Positions 11,731 to 21,689 of a DNA stretch of 64,000 nucleotides are shown one piece after another. Position numbers and translations under genes: made by a program. Under the pieces are notes generated by a model. The model searched no databases. It saw nothing but the letters and a program-made list of their open reading frames with translations, and was not told where the DNA came from. Each line of letters opens with the position of its first letter. Within the stretch, counting starts at the first letter, position 1. This stretch comes from Naegleria gruberi. Lineage: Eukaryota. The DNA lies in the NCBI GenBank assembly GCA_000004985.1, contig GG738890.1. One strand, 5' to 3'.

Positions 11731-13161
11731 TTAATCAACTATAATTCTATCTGTGTCCATAGGAATTTCAAACTCTTCAAGACAACTTGGATTGACGAAT
11801 TGCCTTGCCTTCATAAAATCATCAAACATTAATTCTCTTGGCATAATATTAGCCATAGATGTTTTGGATTTGATTTCTCTGTCAATTAATTCCTTAATAG
11901 GGAAGGATAAAGCTTTCTTACACAATTCTGTCAAGTCACTTCCACTGAAGAATTGAGTAGCATCAGCAAGCTTTTCAAAGCTGACAGTTGGAGAAACTCT
12001 TTCATTCTTGAGGAGCAATTTCAAGATTTGAATTCTGCTATTACGATCAGGGGCATCTATCTTGAATTGTAAAGGCATTCTTCTCAAAGCAGCTGTATCC
12101 AATTGAGATCTCAAATTGGTTGCGCCAATTACCATAACTTGATCACCATCAGATGTAGTTTCAAAACCATCCCATGCTGAAAGAATAATACTAATTCTTG
12201 CCTTTGATACTTCATGCATTTGATAACTGGCTTGTCTTGAAGGTAATAAACTTTCAATTTCATCAATGAAAATAATACATGGCTTGACTTTGGTGGCAAA
12301 ACTGAAGAGAGCTCCAACTAATTTCTCAGTTTCTCCATAAAGGAAATCAGATAAGAATTCTCTTTTAACATTTAAGAAGGCACAATTACATTCCTTTGCA
12401 ATAGCTTTAGCCAAACTTGTTTTACCAGTTCCAGGAGGGCCATAAAACAGAACTGTATAAATTTTGAATTATTAAATAATCAATTGTTAATAAGGATACT
12501 TACCTCCTTTTGGAAGCATTCTGAGTTTAATACTTGTTGAATCAGAGCTATTTCCTTCATAAATGTGTGGATATTTAAGTGGGAAACAAACAGATTCATA
12601 AATCTCCTTCTTTAATTTATCCATTCCTCCAATATCATCAAAATTATTATCCAAATCTTCAGGTAAAACTAAAAAGTCAGCTACAATTTTTTCATACTTA
12701 TTCAAATATCTTTCATATAAAGAAATGTAATAGCTGTCATCATCCTTTCTCGGATTTTCTAAATGTAAACACTTATGAATTAATTCTCCAATTTTTCTCT
12801 TTTTTCTCGGCAGTAAATTTGTACCTGTTTGTTTGTTGTTAGTATTCAGCAAATTTGATAAGAGTGGCATGAACAAATACTTTATCGATAAGAAGGTTAA
12901 TAGTAAAGTCAATCCAGTTTCAGAAAGAGAAAATATCAGCCTCGACAAACCAGAAGAGCCTCCACCACCAGATGAAGAGCTTCCTGTTGCCAATATTAAT
13001 TCCGTATTTCCATTATTATTAAATAAAACTCCAGCTGGTGAACCGCTACTACCAGTCGAATTATTATTTAAAGATGTATCACTTGATGATGACGATGAAG
13101 GTGTTGTTGTCGTTGAAGTCTGCTCACTCAGAGAGGACCATAAATCCCGTAAATAATTCAT
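11731..13161 (-). CDS. ATAD1/Msp1(Thorase)-like membrane-anchored AAA-ATPase, 2 exons
   Basis: Exons are about complement(join(11731..12452,12504..13161)) with a 51-nt intron GTAAGTATCC...TTATACAG. Walker A GVLFYGPPGTGKT is split across the intron, followed by Walker B IIFIDEIESLL and SRH ...GATNLRSQLDTAALRRMP. Strong similarity to ATAD1: ..MSLWDGLDT../SAWDGFETT, ILKLILKNE/ILKLLLKNE and GFSGSDL. A hydrophobic segment LTLLLTFLSIKYLFMPLL sits upstream of the ATPase, preceded by an S/N/G-rich extension. Confidence 0.8.
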
Positions 13162-13436
13162 TATTATTATAATTATTAAAATTAAACGCTATTAGCAAAG
13201 AAGGGGAGCCAAAACAATCAGCAAAATGTGAACGACGAAATATATGAGACCGGAAATTAGAGCTGTCTTTAATGCACAATTCTTGGTGCTTTAATTTTTT
13301 TGTAGTTGAAGTTTTTAAAAATCACGTTAATAATTTTCAATCAATTTTAATTATTATTAAATCGATATGAATTAAATTGAATTTTTATTTAAATTGATAG
13401 GGGGTCAATGAGAAATAAGAACATTGTCTAATAAAA

Positions 13437-14465
13437 ATGCCACCATTCAAATGTTCGATTAATACTGATGACAATGATGATGATCGAATGCTGAAGAAAT
13501 TACAGGCCCTGAATAAGCCAAATCCACCTCCGAAGACTAAATCATCTCATAAGAAAAGAATGGAAGATAAAAATCAATTAAAAATTTCTCCAATTGGAAT
13601 TCCATTTGAGGTAATTTTTGATCATGTGGTGAAATATTTGGATATTGGAACGGCTCATAAGAAATTGAGATTAGTTTCAAGGCAGTGGAATGATATTATT
13701 TTGGGAAATGATGAGGATTATTCAGTGGAGTTTGAGATTGATATTGATTTTTCTAGGCAGCAATTTTTGAGTAAGAAATTTTACTCAACTGCTGAACGTG
13801 GATTTTTCAAAAATGTTACAAAACTTACAATGAAAGCATTGCCTCAAGGGATGAAGAAGACAGAAAATCGTACATTAATTCCAGGTAAAACGATTGTTAC
13901 GAGAGGTTACAAGGAAAATGTTGGTGGAAGTGTTCTCAAATTCTTTCCAAATTTGAAAGTTTTGAATTTGAATGAAAATGAAATTCCAGAAGAAAAATTC
14001 AATTGGCTTTTAGACTTGAAATCCAATCAATTGGAAGAGCTTTATTTGGAGGGTAATGATTTTAAATTGAAAACTTGTGAACACATCAGTTCATGTGAAA
14101 ATCTACAGAGCTTGACAGTTTTAAATTTATCCCACAACCAACTCACTGATGCAGGATGTAAATTACTATCTCAGAGTGTTTGTCTTCAAAATCTCAAAAA
14201 CTTGAACATTTCCTCAACTGATTCCTCTCTTGACGGCTTGATGTATATTTCCAATGCAACATTTTCATGCAATTTAACAATTTTGAGAGCAAACAATAAT
14301 AATCTTTCAGATGCATTTCATCAAAGAATCACAAATGGAGAATTTAAATTCAAATCTCTTCAAACTTTCTCAATTAGAAATTGTGAAATATCACAAGAAA
14401 CTCAAACCCAAATTGCAAAGGACAAGAAATTGATTTCTACTACATTGGATCGAATCCTCCTGTAA
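13437..14465 (+). CDS. F-box-like / leucine-rich-repeat protein
   Basis: This 342-aa ORF has an N-terminal F-box-like segment IPFEVIFDHVVKYLDIGTAHKKLRLVSRQWNDII. It is followed by LRR units such as LKVLNLNENEI, LEELYLEGNDF, LTVLNLSHNQLTDAGCKLL and LKNLNIS. Confidence 0.6.
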   Translation: MPPFKCSINTDDNDDDRMLKKLQALNKPNPPPKTKSSHKKRMEDKNQLKISPIGIPFEVIFDHVVKYLDIGTAHKKLRLVSRQWNDIILGNDEDYSVEFEIDIDFSRQQFLSKKFYSTAERGFFKNVTKLTMKALPQGMKKTENRTLIPGKTIVTRGYKENVGGSVLKFFPNLKVLNLNENEIPEEKFNWLLDLKSNQLEELYLEGNDFKLKTCEHISSCENLQSLTVLNLSHNQLTDAGCKLLSQSVCLQNLKNLNISSTDSSLDGLMYISNATFSCNLTILRANNNNLSDAFHQRITNGEFKFKSLQTFSIRNCEISQETQTQIAKDKKLISTTLDRILL

Positions 14466-14702
14466 TAACATTAAATAATATTCAACATTTTCATCATCAT
14501 CGCCGTGATCTGAAGCTTCCTTTTCATTGTTGCTGATTTTTCGTTAATGTTATCCAAATCGGCCCATCCACCCTTCACTTGTCAACAATAATTTTCTCCT
14601 TTCAATTTGATCTCTCCAATAGAAAAACAGACAATTCATTGTTAATCATTCTATTGTGTGTGGGTGTGTAAACGAAGATCCTCATCTTTAAAAAAAAACG
14701 CC

Positions 14703-15811
14703 ATGTCATCCTCCAGATCATTGTTGTTGACTCAACTCGTCGCAACATGTTGTTTCTTGTTATTCTGTTATTCAACAACAATTACTTTCGCCAATGCCCA
14801 AGATTTAACTGGTTTAACAAAGTGTGCTAGTTATGGAAACCATTTTATTCAATGGACTATTTCTAATAGAGCTGATGGTACTCCATACTTACGTGCTCGT
14901 TATATTAAAAAAGGAGGTTACAAGTAAGTTTTATTTCAATGATTGGTACTGAGTCAGTTATTATGATTATTGTGTTTCGAATACTACTATTTTATAACTT
15001 TCGAATAATAGTGGTTGGGCTGCTTTCGGATTTAGATATGGTTACGCTTGGTCTCAACCTGTTGCTGATCCAGACAATCAACAACAACCAGACAAGATGG
15101 GTGAAGACACTAATCCATCTACTCTCTACATGGTTTACAGAAATCCACAAACCGATGCTCACAATTTTTATGAATTGATGGCTACTGCGTAAGTTTTATT
15201 ATCATGTGATGATTTTCTCATCATTCTATTATTTCATCATTCTATTATATATTTTCACACATGATCACACCATGAATATATCCATACACATGATAATTTG
15301 TAAACATTATTCGAATAATATTATTCATGAGTTTAGAAGTGACACTCCATCAAATGTTGCTATTGCTGATTATGCTACTTCTAACGTTACAGTTCGTTCC
15401 TCCACCACCACTGGTCATATTCACTTGTATTTTGAACGTGATTTGGTTGTTAAGAAGGGTTCCAAGAATTACTTTAATTTCAATGCTACTAGAACTGATT
15501 GTAATCTCATGTTTGCTACTGCTGATAATGCTGCAATTACTAGTATTAATGATTTTGCCAATTCTCAACACAATTCTGCCAAGATTTTAAAGTATAATTT
15601 CATTTCTGAAACTGGAATTGATGCTGGCTCTGTTTCTCGTAGTTGTGCTGATTCTGTTTATGCAAGTGCTATGCCTGCTTATCGTACTCCAAAGGTTATT
15701 GTTGAACCAAGTTATGGAAATACCAAGAATGAGGCTCCACTTTCTCAATCTATTTTCCTCGTTGCTTATATTTTGGGAGCTATGGTTTTGGGCTTGTTTG
15801 CTTACTTTTAA
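14703..15811 (+). CDS. predicted secreted, C-terminally anchored (GPI-like) protein of unknown fold, 3 exons
   Basis: Exons are about join(14703..14923,15012..15188,15337..15811), 873 nt in frame; introns begin GTAAGT and end TAG. An N-terminal signal peptide MSSSRSLLLTQLVATCCFLLFCYSTTITFANAQ is followed by an N-glycosylation-rich ectodomain. A C-terminal hydrophobic tail FLVAYILGAMVLGLFAYF follows a small-residue omega-like region. The alternative upstream start at 14658 cannot be excluded. Confidence 0.5.
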
Positions 15812-15898
15812 TACTCTCCTTGCTATAATGTAAATGATTTATTACATAGACAAATCATCAGTAGTATTTATATATTGAAAATAAAGTATTTTCACAAA

Positions 15899-17254
15899 TT
15901 AAAAGTTGAACTCTTCTAATGTTTGATATTGGAATTGTTCCAACTCTTCTCTTGTCTTTTTCTTTGGTTTGAGAGGTTTGGCAAAGTAAGGAAGTTTCAA
16001 TTCTAGATTTTTCACTAATTTCAAACTTTCTTTCAAGGTTTCTACTTTCGTTTCAGAGAGATTAGTTCTTTCAATATTTAAATATTGCAAATTTTTCATC
16101 AAACACAAATGTTCTATACTGAAATCATCAATTTTTGTGCCATCCAAATCTAAACCTTTCAGCTGTTTCATTTTAGATAGGTAGAGAGCTCCAATATTTC
16201 GAATAGGATTTTCTCCAAGATTAAGCTTTGTCAGATTCTTCATTTTGGAAATAAATTGTACACCTCGTTCATCTATTCTATTGCGGATTAGTTCTAATTG
16301 AGATAGATTCTCTAGTTTTGAAATAAATTGCACTCCATCATTTCCTATATTATTATAACTCAAAGAAAGATATTCGAGTGATTGTAGCAATGATAAATAT
16401 TCAACTCCTTCATCATCTATTTTGTTATATGCAAGACTTAGATATTTCAAATTTGAAAGTTTGACTAAATGACGTAAAGATTCACTTCCAAAATTATTTC
16501 CAAACAATTTCAATTTTGAAAGAGTGGTAATTTGTGAAATGTTTCCCAGACCAATCTCATCAATATTTGATGCTTCCAATTCAAGTGTAATAAGGGGGAG
16601 TTTAGAAATATATTCCATGCACTTTCCTCCAAGATCAACTCCATTCAAATTCAAATGATTGAGATTGGAAATTTCACTCAATTGTTCAATATCATCCATG
16701 GATAGAACATTTTTCGATAAATCCAACTTTTTCAGACCTTTCAATTTCTTTAAATGATATAATCCTCCACTGACCTTATTATATGGGAGGGTGAGCTCCT
16801 CTAATGAGTTCAAATTTGAGAAATATTGTAAACTCTTTGGCCCCAAATTACATGAGCAAGCATTCAACCTCTTTAAACATTTAAACTTTGAAAGATAAAT
16901 TGCATTTTCATCTCCAATATAACTGCCATCAATTATTAACTCTTTCAAATTCTCAAGATATGGAAAATTCTCCAAAATTGCAACTCCCACACTTCGACAA
17001 CTAAATTTAACCATTGAAGATAACATTCCACTATCACAACATTCCCTAAATGATTCCTCCTTCTCAAATTCCATACCAATAGAGAAGCTTCTGGTCATTG
17101 AGAAGGGTGTTCCTTGTATTAGACTCTGCCACTGCTTGCACACATGCTGAAAATAACACAACAATTCAGAGCCATCAATGAATGAAAATATTTGATCTCT
17201 AATGATCTCTGCTGGGAGAATTTGAGAAAAATCTGTGAGTTGTTTTTCTTGCAT
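15899..17254 (-). CDS. F-box / RNI-type leucine-rich-repeat protein
   Basis: The 451-aa protein has an N-terminal F-box ILPAEIIRDQIFSFIDGSELLCYFQHVCKQWQSLI. It is followed by about 14 LRR_RI-like units (LSLAYNKIDDEGVEYLS.., LSLSYNNIGNDGVQFIS.., LELIRNRIDERGVQFIS..). The ATG at 17254 was verified. Confidence 0.65.
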   Translation of the reverse strand: MQEKQLTDFSQILPAEIIRDQIFSFIDGSELLCYFQHVCKQWQSLIQGTPFSMTRSFSIGMEFEKEESFRECCDSGMLSSMVKFSCRSVGVAILENFPYLENLKELIIDGSYIGDENAIYLSKFKCLKRLNACSCNLGPKSLQYFSNLNSLEELTLPYNKVSGGLYHLKKLKGLKKLDLSKNVLSMDDIEQLSEISNLNHLNLNGVDLGGKCMEYISKLPLITLELEASNIDEIGLGNISQITTLSKLKLFGNNFGSESLRHLVKLSNLKYLSLAYNKIDDEGVEYLSLLQSLEYLSLSYNNIGNDGVQFISKLENLSQLELIRNRIDERGVQFISKMKNLTKLNLGENPIRNIGALYLSKMKQLKGLDLDGTKIDDFSIEHLCLMKNLQYLNIERTNLSETKVETLKESLKLVKNLELKLPYFAKPLKPKKKTREELEQFQYQTLEEFNF

Positions 17255-17414
17255 TTTTTTAAACGAGTTTACAAAATAAATGTCATATTTGACGTCATTG
17301 TTGATATTAATAGGAAGCTAGTTCATTAATTTAATGAATTGAATCTTTTAGTGAATAGGTAGTTCATTACCTGCATTACAAAGTTGAACTTGGATTAAAA
17401 CAAACTTTAAAAAA

Positions 17415-18227
17415 ATGTCTCAACAACCTCCTGTACTAATTTCCACTCCCCAACAGTTTCATGATATGGTCTTGAACCCTGAAACAATTCCGAAACAATT
17501 CCGAGTTGAAAATTTAATAGGAAGAATAGTGAAGGGAAGAAGGGATAAACCAGAGGAATTTTTACAATTGACTGATGATGCTACTGATAGAACTGCTTTC
17601 ATGTTTGGAGAGGATGGTGTAGAGAAATTGTTAGAAATTGCAGCAAAATTTGAACATACAGATGGGAAATTATCAAATGGAGCTGCTTTGGAAATGTTTC
17701 ACTTGATTGGATTTGAGGAATCGTATGTGAAGGAAAAAATCAGTCAGAATGTTAGATTTGAGTTGTTAATAATTAGTAAGAGCTCTTTTATGAATGACTC
17801 GGGATCATTTGTAGAGGTTGCTAGTTGGGATGGTATTTGCTCTTTGGTGGAACATGTATTTCCAAGAATTCACCCAATTTGTTGTAAATATTTGGATCAA
17901 CTCAAGACTACTACATTCGAAGAGATTAAGAAAATGGCAGATTTTGATTTTGGAGAAATTAGAAGATTCGGTTCAAGCCATCCTCTTTATTTTAATGAAG
18001 AAAAATTCTTTGAATATTGTAAAGAAAAGAAATTAACTAAGAATGAGGAACCATCTCTATTGGATATTAGAACTTTTTTCTATTATGCATGTGGAATGAG
18101 AGAATTATATTCAGGTGATGGATGGACTTACACTGAAAAAGGCGTAAAAGGTCTGAAGGAATATTTAGGACAAAATATTAAGAGATCACAACTTGTGGAT
18201 CATACCTGTATGCATCTTGATGTTTAG
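17415..18227 (+). CDS. hypothetical protein (270 aa), no confident family assignment
   Basis: A clean single ORF with a verified ATG has non-repetitive, globular-looking composition. I recognise no motif. Confidence 0.4.
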   Translation: MSQQPPVLISTPQQFHDMVLNPETIPKQFRVENLIGRIVKGRRDKPEEFLQLTDDATDRTAFMFGEDGVEKLLEIAAKFEHTDGKLSNGAALEMFHLIGFEESYVKEKISQNVRFELLIISKSSFMNDSGSFVEVASWDGICSLVEHVFPRIHPICCKYLDQLKTTTFEEIKKMADFDFGEIRRFGSSHPLYFNEEKFFEYCKEKKLTKNEEPSLLDIRTFFYYACGMRELYSGDGWTYTEKGVKGLKEYLGQNIKRSQLVDHTCMHLDV

Positions 18228-18329
18228 AATAACTGTGAATGATGTCTAAATATTATCAGGCATTGAATTTCAAAGAAGGAACAAGATCTTGGTTTGAAAT
18301 AAAGTTAGACGATTCCCTTTGGATTTTAC

Positions 18330-20303
18330 TTATTGCTTTGCAAATCGGCTTGGTAGCTTGTCTGGTATGGATAATAGGGATGGACATGAGAGAGCTTGTT
18401 TAATTTGTGTATCTTTCCTCAAGTGTTTAGGAGCATACAAGTATACAACTGATGAGTACCTTTCCATGCATTCCAATAGGAGATCCTTGTCAGATCTAAC
18501 TCTTTCTGAAGCATAATTGAAAATCTCGCCACCTGAATTTTCAATCACTGTCTTATCATCCCTCATCTTGTAGGTCAATAAACGAGGATCTATATTGCTC
18601 AAATCTGAAGGATATTTTTCTCTCAAGATGTCAATTGGTACCACTCCATACTTCAACAAATCTTGATTCGATTCAAAGGCCATACTCCAGAAAGTTTTAT
18701 CCTTACGAAGCTTACTACTCATGAGAACGTTTGTAAATGCTGAAATTTCAAGCAAATGCAACATAAACTCATCATCTTTCAAGTATTCTGCTGGAATGAA
18801 ATTTTTAACTGCATTGTAATTCATAGCATAGTCGATATCATCATTTTCCATATTTCTCAGTATTTCCAAGATTTGATTCATTGTCAATTGTAGTCCACTG
18901 ACATATGTCAAAGCTGTAGGATTTGCTAATATTTTGACATCATTCTTGAGAGAATCACCAATGAAAAGAGCACTTTTTTCATTGATTTCAATACATTCTA
19001 ACATGAATTCCCTATTATTTCTCAATTCAGGAGAAGCAATACTTAAGAAAATTACATTTCTATTTGAGATTTCCTCAAGGATTACATCTCTATCTTCCAA
19101 ATATTCATTAGTCTTGTAATTTCTATGGAAATGTTGATTGATAACTTCAACCATGAGTGTTAAATTGTTCAACAATTCTGGCTCTACTGATTCAACATCC
19201 AATGTTACCTGCAAGAACCTTAAAATGTCCTCCTTTGTCTTGATTTTGAATGCACTTTCTTTCAAATCAATAGTATAGACCCAGTGTTTAGCCACTTCTG
19301 GATCATTGACAAATTCTGTTTGAACACGATTTGGATCTACTGAATAAGGGTACTGTTTCATTAATCTGATTGTAAAATCCTTATCCTTTCTTAAGCTATG
19401 ATGCAAGAAAATGTGAGAACTATTGATATTGAACAAGTCAAAGTAAGCATCCTTATCCTTTCTAATCTCAGAAGGAAAAAACGCTGGAATATTTTGAAAA
19501 TAACAATCTGGATCAGTTTCAAACATTTTCTTGACTGCTCCCAATATTTCTGGATCTCTTCTCAATTCAATACTGAGATATGGATAGAAATTAGCATTGG
19601 CTTTCAAAAACTCGACCAGATCCTTCTTATCTCCTTCTTGCATAATTTTCACATACTTTGTCATATTTCCTATCATTTCCTCATCTGGATAAAGTTCATT
19701 ACCAAACAATGAAATTGGTTTGATTACATGAATTGGAATACTTTCAATCCAATCTTTGATATGCCCAATGCATTTCAATGATGGGAACATTGAAGTACCT
19801 GTAAATATGAAAAATAAGCCATTTCTCTTATCTAAAAGTGTCAATACTGAAGTGAAATGTCCTTTGTGTACCATAATCAAATTCTCTTGCCATTGATTTT
19901 CACCAAATTCACTATTCAATATCAAGGGAAAGGTTGAGTGTTCAGAGATTGGTGTTTCTGCAATAAATTCCCAATCATCAACTGGGGCAATAGAAATTAA
20001 ATTAGAGAAGTGATATCTGCCACTTGCACAATTAGTCAACCAAACCTTCAAGTGAAATTGCATATTGGTAAAACCAAATTGATTAATTAAATTGGTTAAT
20101 TGTTCATTGCTGAGTACAGGAGAATCATAATCATGGGCAAGTTCTTGGCAATATTTATGCCACTTGTCAATCAAGTCATTCTTCTCTTCTGTTTGATAAA
20201 TTGCATCAAAGGTTGAATTTATCAATCTGTTGTGTGCTCTGTCTTCTGTTGAAAGGAATGGGAAAATCCTAACCACAACCTCTGGGATGTTGAAGATATT
20301 CAT
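18330..20303 (-). CDS. F-box-like N-terminus + DUF4116-type repeat protein
   Basis: This 657-aa ORF has a verified ATG. The N-terminus IPEVVVRIFPFLSTEDRAHNRLINSTFDAI is F-box-like. The C-terminal half contains repeated ~35-aa units of the form ..EL/LR(K/R)DKxF(M/T)L..I.....AL.. (LSIELRRDPEILGAVKK, SLRKDKDFTIRLMKQ, SPELRNNREFMLECIEIN, SKLRKDKTFWSMAF, SERVRSDKDLLLECMER, PKHLRKDTQIKQAL). These are typical of DUF4116 repeats. Confidence 0.5.
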   Translation of the reverse strand: MNIFNIPEVVVRIFPFLSTEDRAHNRLINSTFDAIYQTEEKNDLIDKWHKYCQELAHDYDSPVLSNEQLTNLINQFGFTNMQFHLKVWLTNCASGRYHFSNLISIAPVDDWEFIAETPISEHSTFPLILNSEFGENQWQENLIMVHKGHFTSVLTLLDKRNGLFFIFTGTSMFPSLKCIGHIKDWIESIPIHVIKPISLFGNELYPDEEMIGNMTKYVKIMQEGDKKDLVEFLKANANFYPYLSIELRRDPEILGAVKKMFETDPDCYFQNIPAFFPSEIRKDKDAYFDLFNINSSHIFLHHSLRKDKDFTIRLMKQYPYSVDPNRVQTEFVNDPEVAKHWVYTIDLKESAFKIKTKEDILRFLQVTLDVESVEPELLNNLTLMVEVINQHFHRNYKTNEYLEDRDVILEEISNRNVIFLSIASPELRNNREFMLECIEINEKSALFIGDSLKNDVKILANPTALTYVSGLQLTMNQILEILRNMENDDIDYAMNYNAVKNFIPAEYLKDDEFMLHLLEISAFTNVLMSSKLRKDKTFWSMAFESNQDLLKYGVVPIDILREKYPSDLSNIDPRLLTYKMRDDKTVIENSGGEIFNYASERVRSDKDLLLECMERYSSVVYLYAPKHLRKDTQIKQALSCPSLLSIPDKLPSRFAKQ

Positions 20304-20707
20304 TTTTTTTAATGCTTATCTCACAGGGAGTTATGTGTCCATTATTTAAAGGTTACACCAGTCTATTCAAGGTTTCATATCTGTTTATAATTTCTTCCAA
20401 ATTTACTGCCATGGATGGTAACATCTTATCAAATGCAAGTGTAAAAAAGCAGTCTTCAATCATAATAAATGTGAATAGAATAAAAATCTCAATTTCCAAA
20501 AATAAATTCATCTTCACAACCATCCAAACAGAATTGGATTGCCAAGTCAAACCCCCAAGGAATATTATTGATGATAAAGCAGATGAAGGAGCTAAATATT
20601 AACTATTCTTTATATTGGTGACAACTCAATAAATCTTTTTTCCCTTTTTCCATTACATTAATTTACTAAACTTTTAAAAATAAAAATCACAGTTTACTAA
20701 GGCTTTC

Positions 20708-21685
20708 ATGATGAAAAAATCAACTAATCAATACAACAAGAATAATTATCATCAAAATATGAATAATTCAAGAAGGCAAATACCTCAATCACAACAACAT
20801 CAATCGGTAGTTTCTTCTAATAATAATAATCAAACAATGAATAGGATAAACAATATAAATAATATGAACACCAATAGTGCAACAATTGGATCAAATTCTC
20901 AAAAGCCTTCAATTATTGTTCATCAAAGACTAAGATATCCTCCTGCTAGAAATGAGTTGAGTAAATATTATTCAATCCGAAACGCTGTTGATGATGAGCA
21001 GATGGCTGATGTTATATTTCCAACAATGAGATTAGCCTTCATTATTGTTAGCATTGATCATATTCACTTCCCTAATGAAAATAACAAGGAACACGGAGTT
21101 GCATCAAATACTGTAAATAATCAGAGAAAGGCTACAATAGAAGAGCTTGTCTCCATTGGATCATTCTTTGAAAGACCATTTGTAATATGTATGATTTCAA
21201 ATCCAACAATGCTTGGAAGATTTACCGAATTGCAAAATATATTCACTTCAAAAGTAGTGGAGAGACAAACTGTGAGAGAAATCTATGTTGAAAACTCAAA
21301 GAAAGAGAATAAGAAAGTGGTTGTTAAGGATGATACTTTTCCACCAACTCTATTCAGACCTCCTCAACTTCTTCTTTGTAGCTCTGTGAGTGGTATGATG
21401 AATTGTATTCAAGAGTTGACCAAAATAGAAAGCAGAAAGAGCAGGGTAAAGCAAACTGAACAAGAAATGTTAGAAGCTCCTCAATTTGCTCAACAAGTTG
21501 CAGAGCAGATCTTTACCAATTCTGAGATTGGACATGGGTTGTCCTCTTACGAAACTAGCATCCTCTTGCAGGGAATGGGATCTGTCTCCAATGTCATTCT
21601 TTCACAAAACTACCAAGAGATTATCAACAAAACTCCACTTGAAACAAGGAAGGCCAAACTTGTTTTTGAGTATTTCAACCAATAA
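20708..21685 (+). CDS. N/Q-rich hypothetical protein (325 aa)
   Basis: The ORF has a verified ATG. Its N-terminal third is poly-N/Q low complexity, typical of dictyostelid proteins. The C-terminal two-thirds are non-repetitive. No family recognised. Confidence 0.35.
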   Translation: MMKKSTNQYNKNNYHQNMNNSRRQIPQSQQHQSVVSSNNNNQTMNRINNINNMNTNSATIGSNSQKPSIIVHQRLRYPPARNELSKYYSIRNAVDDEQMADVIFPTMRLAFIIVSIDHIHFPNENNKEHGVASNTVNNQRKATIEELVSIGSFFERPFVICMISNPTMLGRFTELQNIFTSKVVERQTVREIYVENSKKENKKVVVKDDTFPPTLFRPPQLLLCSSVSGMMNCIQELTKIESRKSRVKQTEQEMLEAPQFAQQVAEQIFTNSEIGHGLSSYETSILLQGMGSVSNVILSQNYQEIINKTPLETRKAKLVFEYFNQ

Positions 21686-21689
21686 AGCG

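Noticed and set aside
15327-15833. Hydrophobic L-rich ORFs 15327..15590 and 15618..15833 (+), and 15350..15571 (-), overlapping exon 3 of the secreted protein gene
   Set aside because: The alternative frame was considered as exon 3 but gives a leucine-only nonsense peptide and a premature stop. The acceptor at ..gtttag|AAGTGAC restores the frame carrying N-glycosylation sites and the GPI-like tail.
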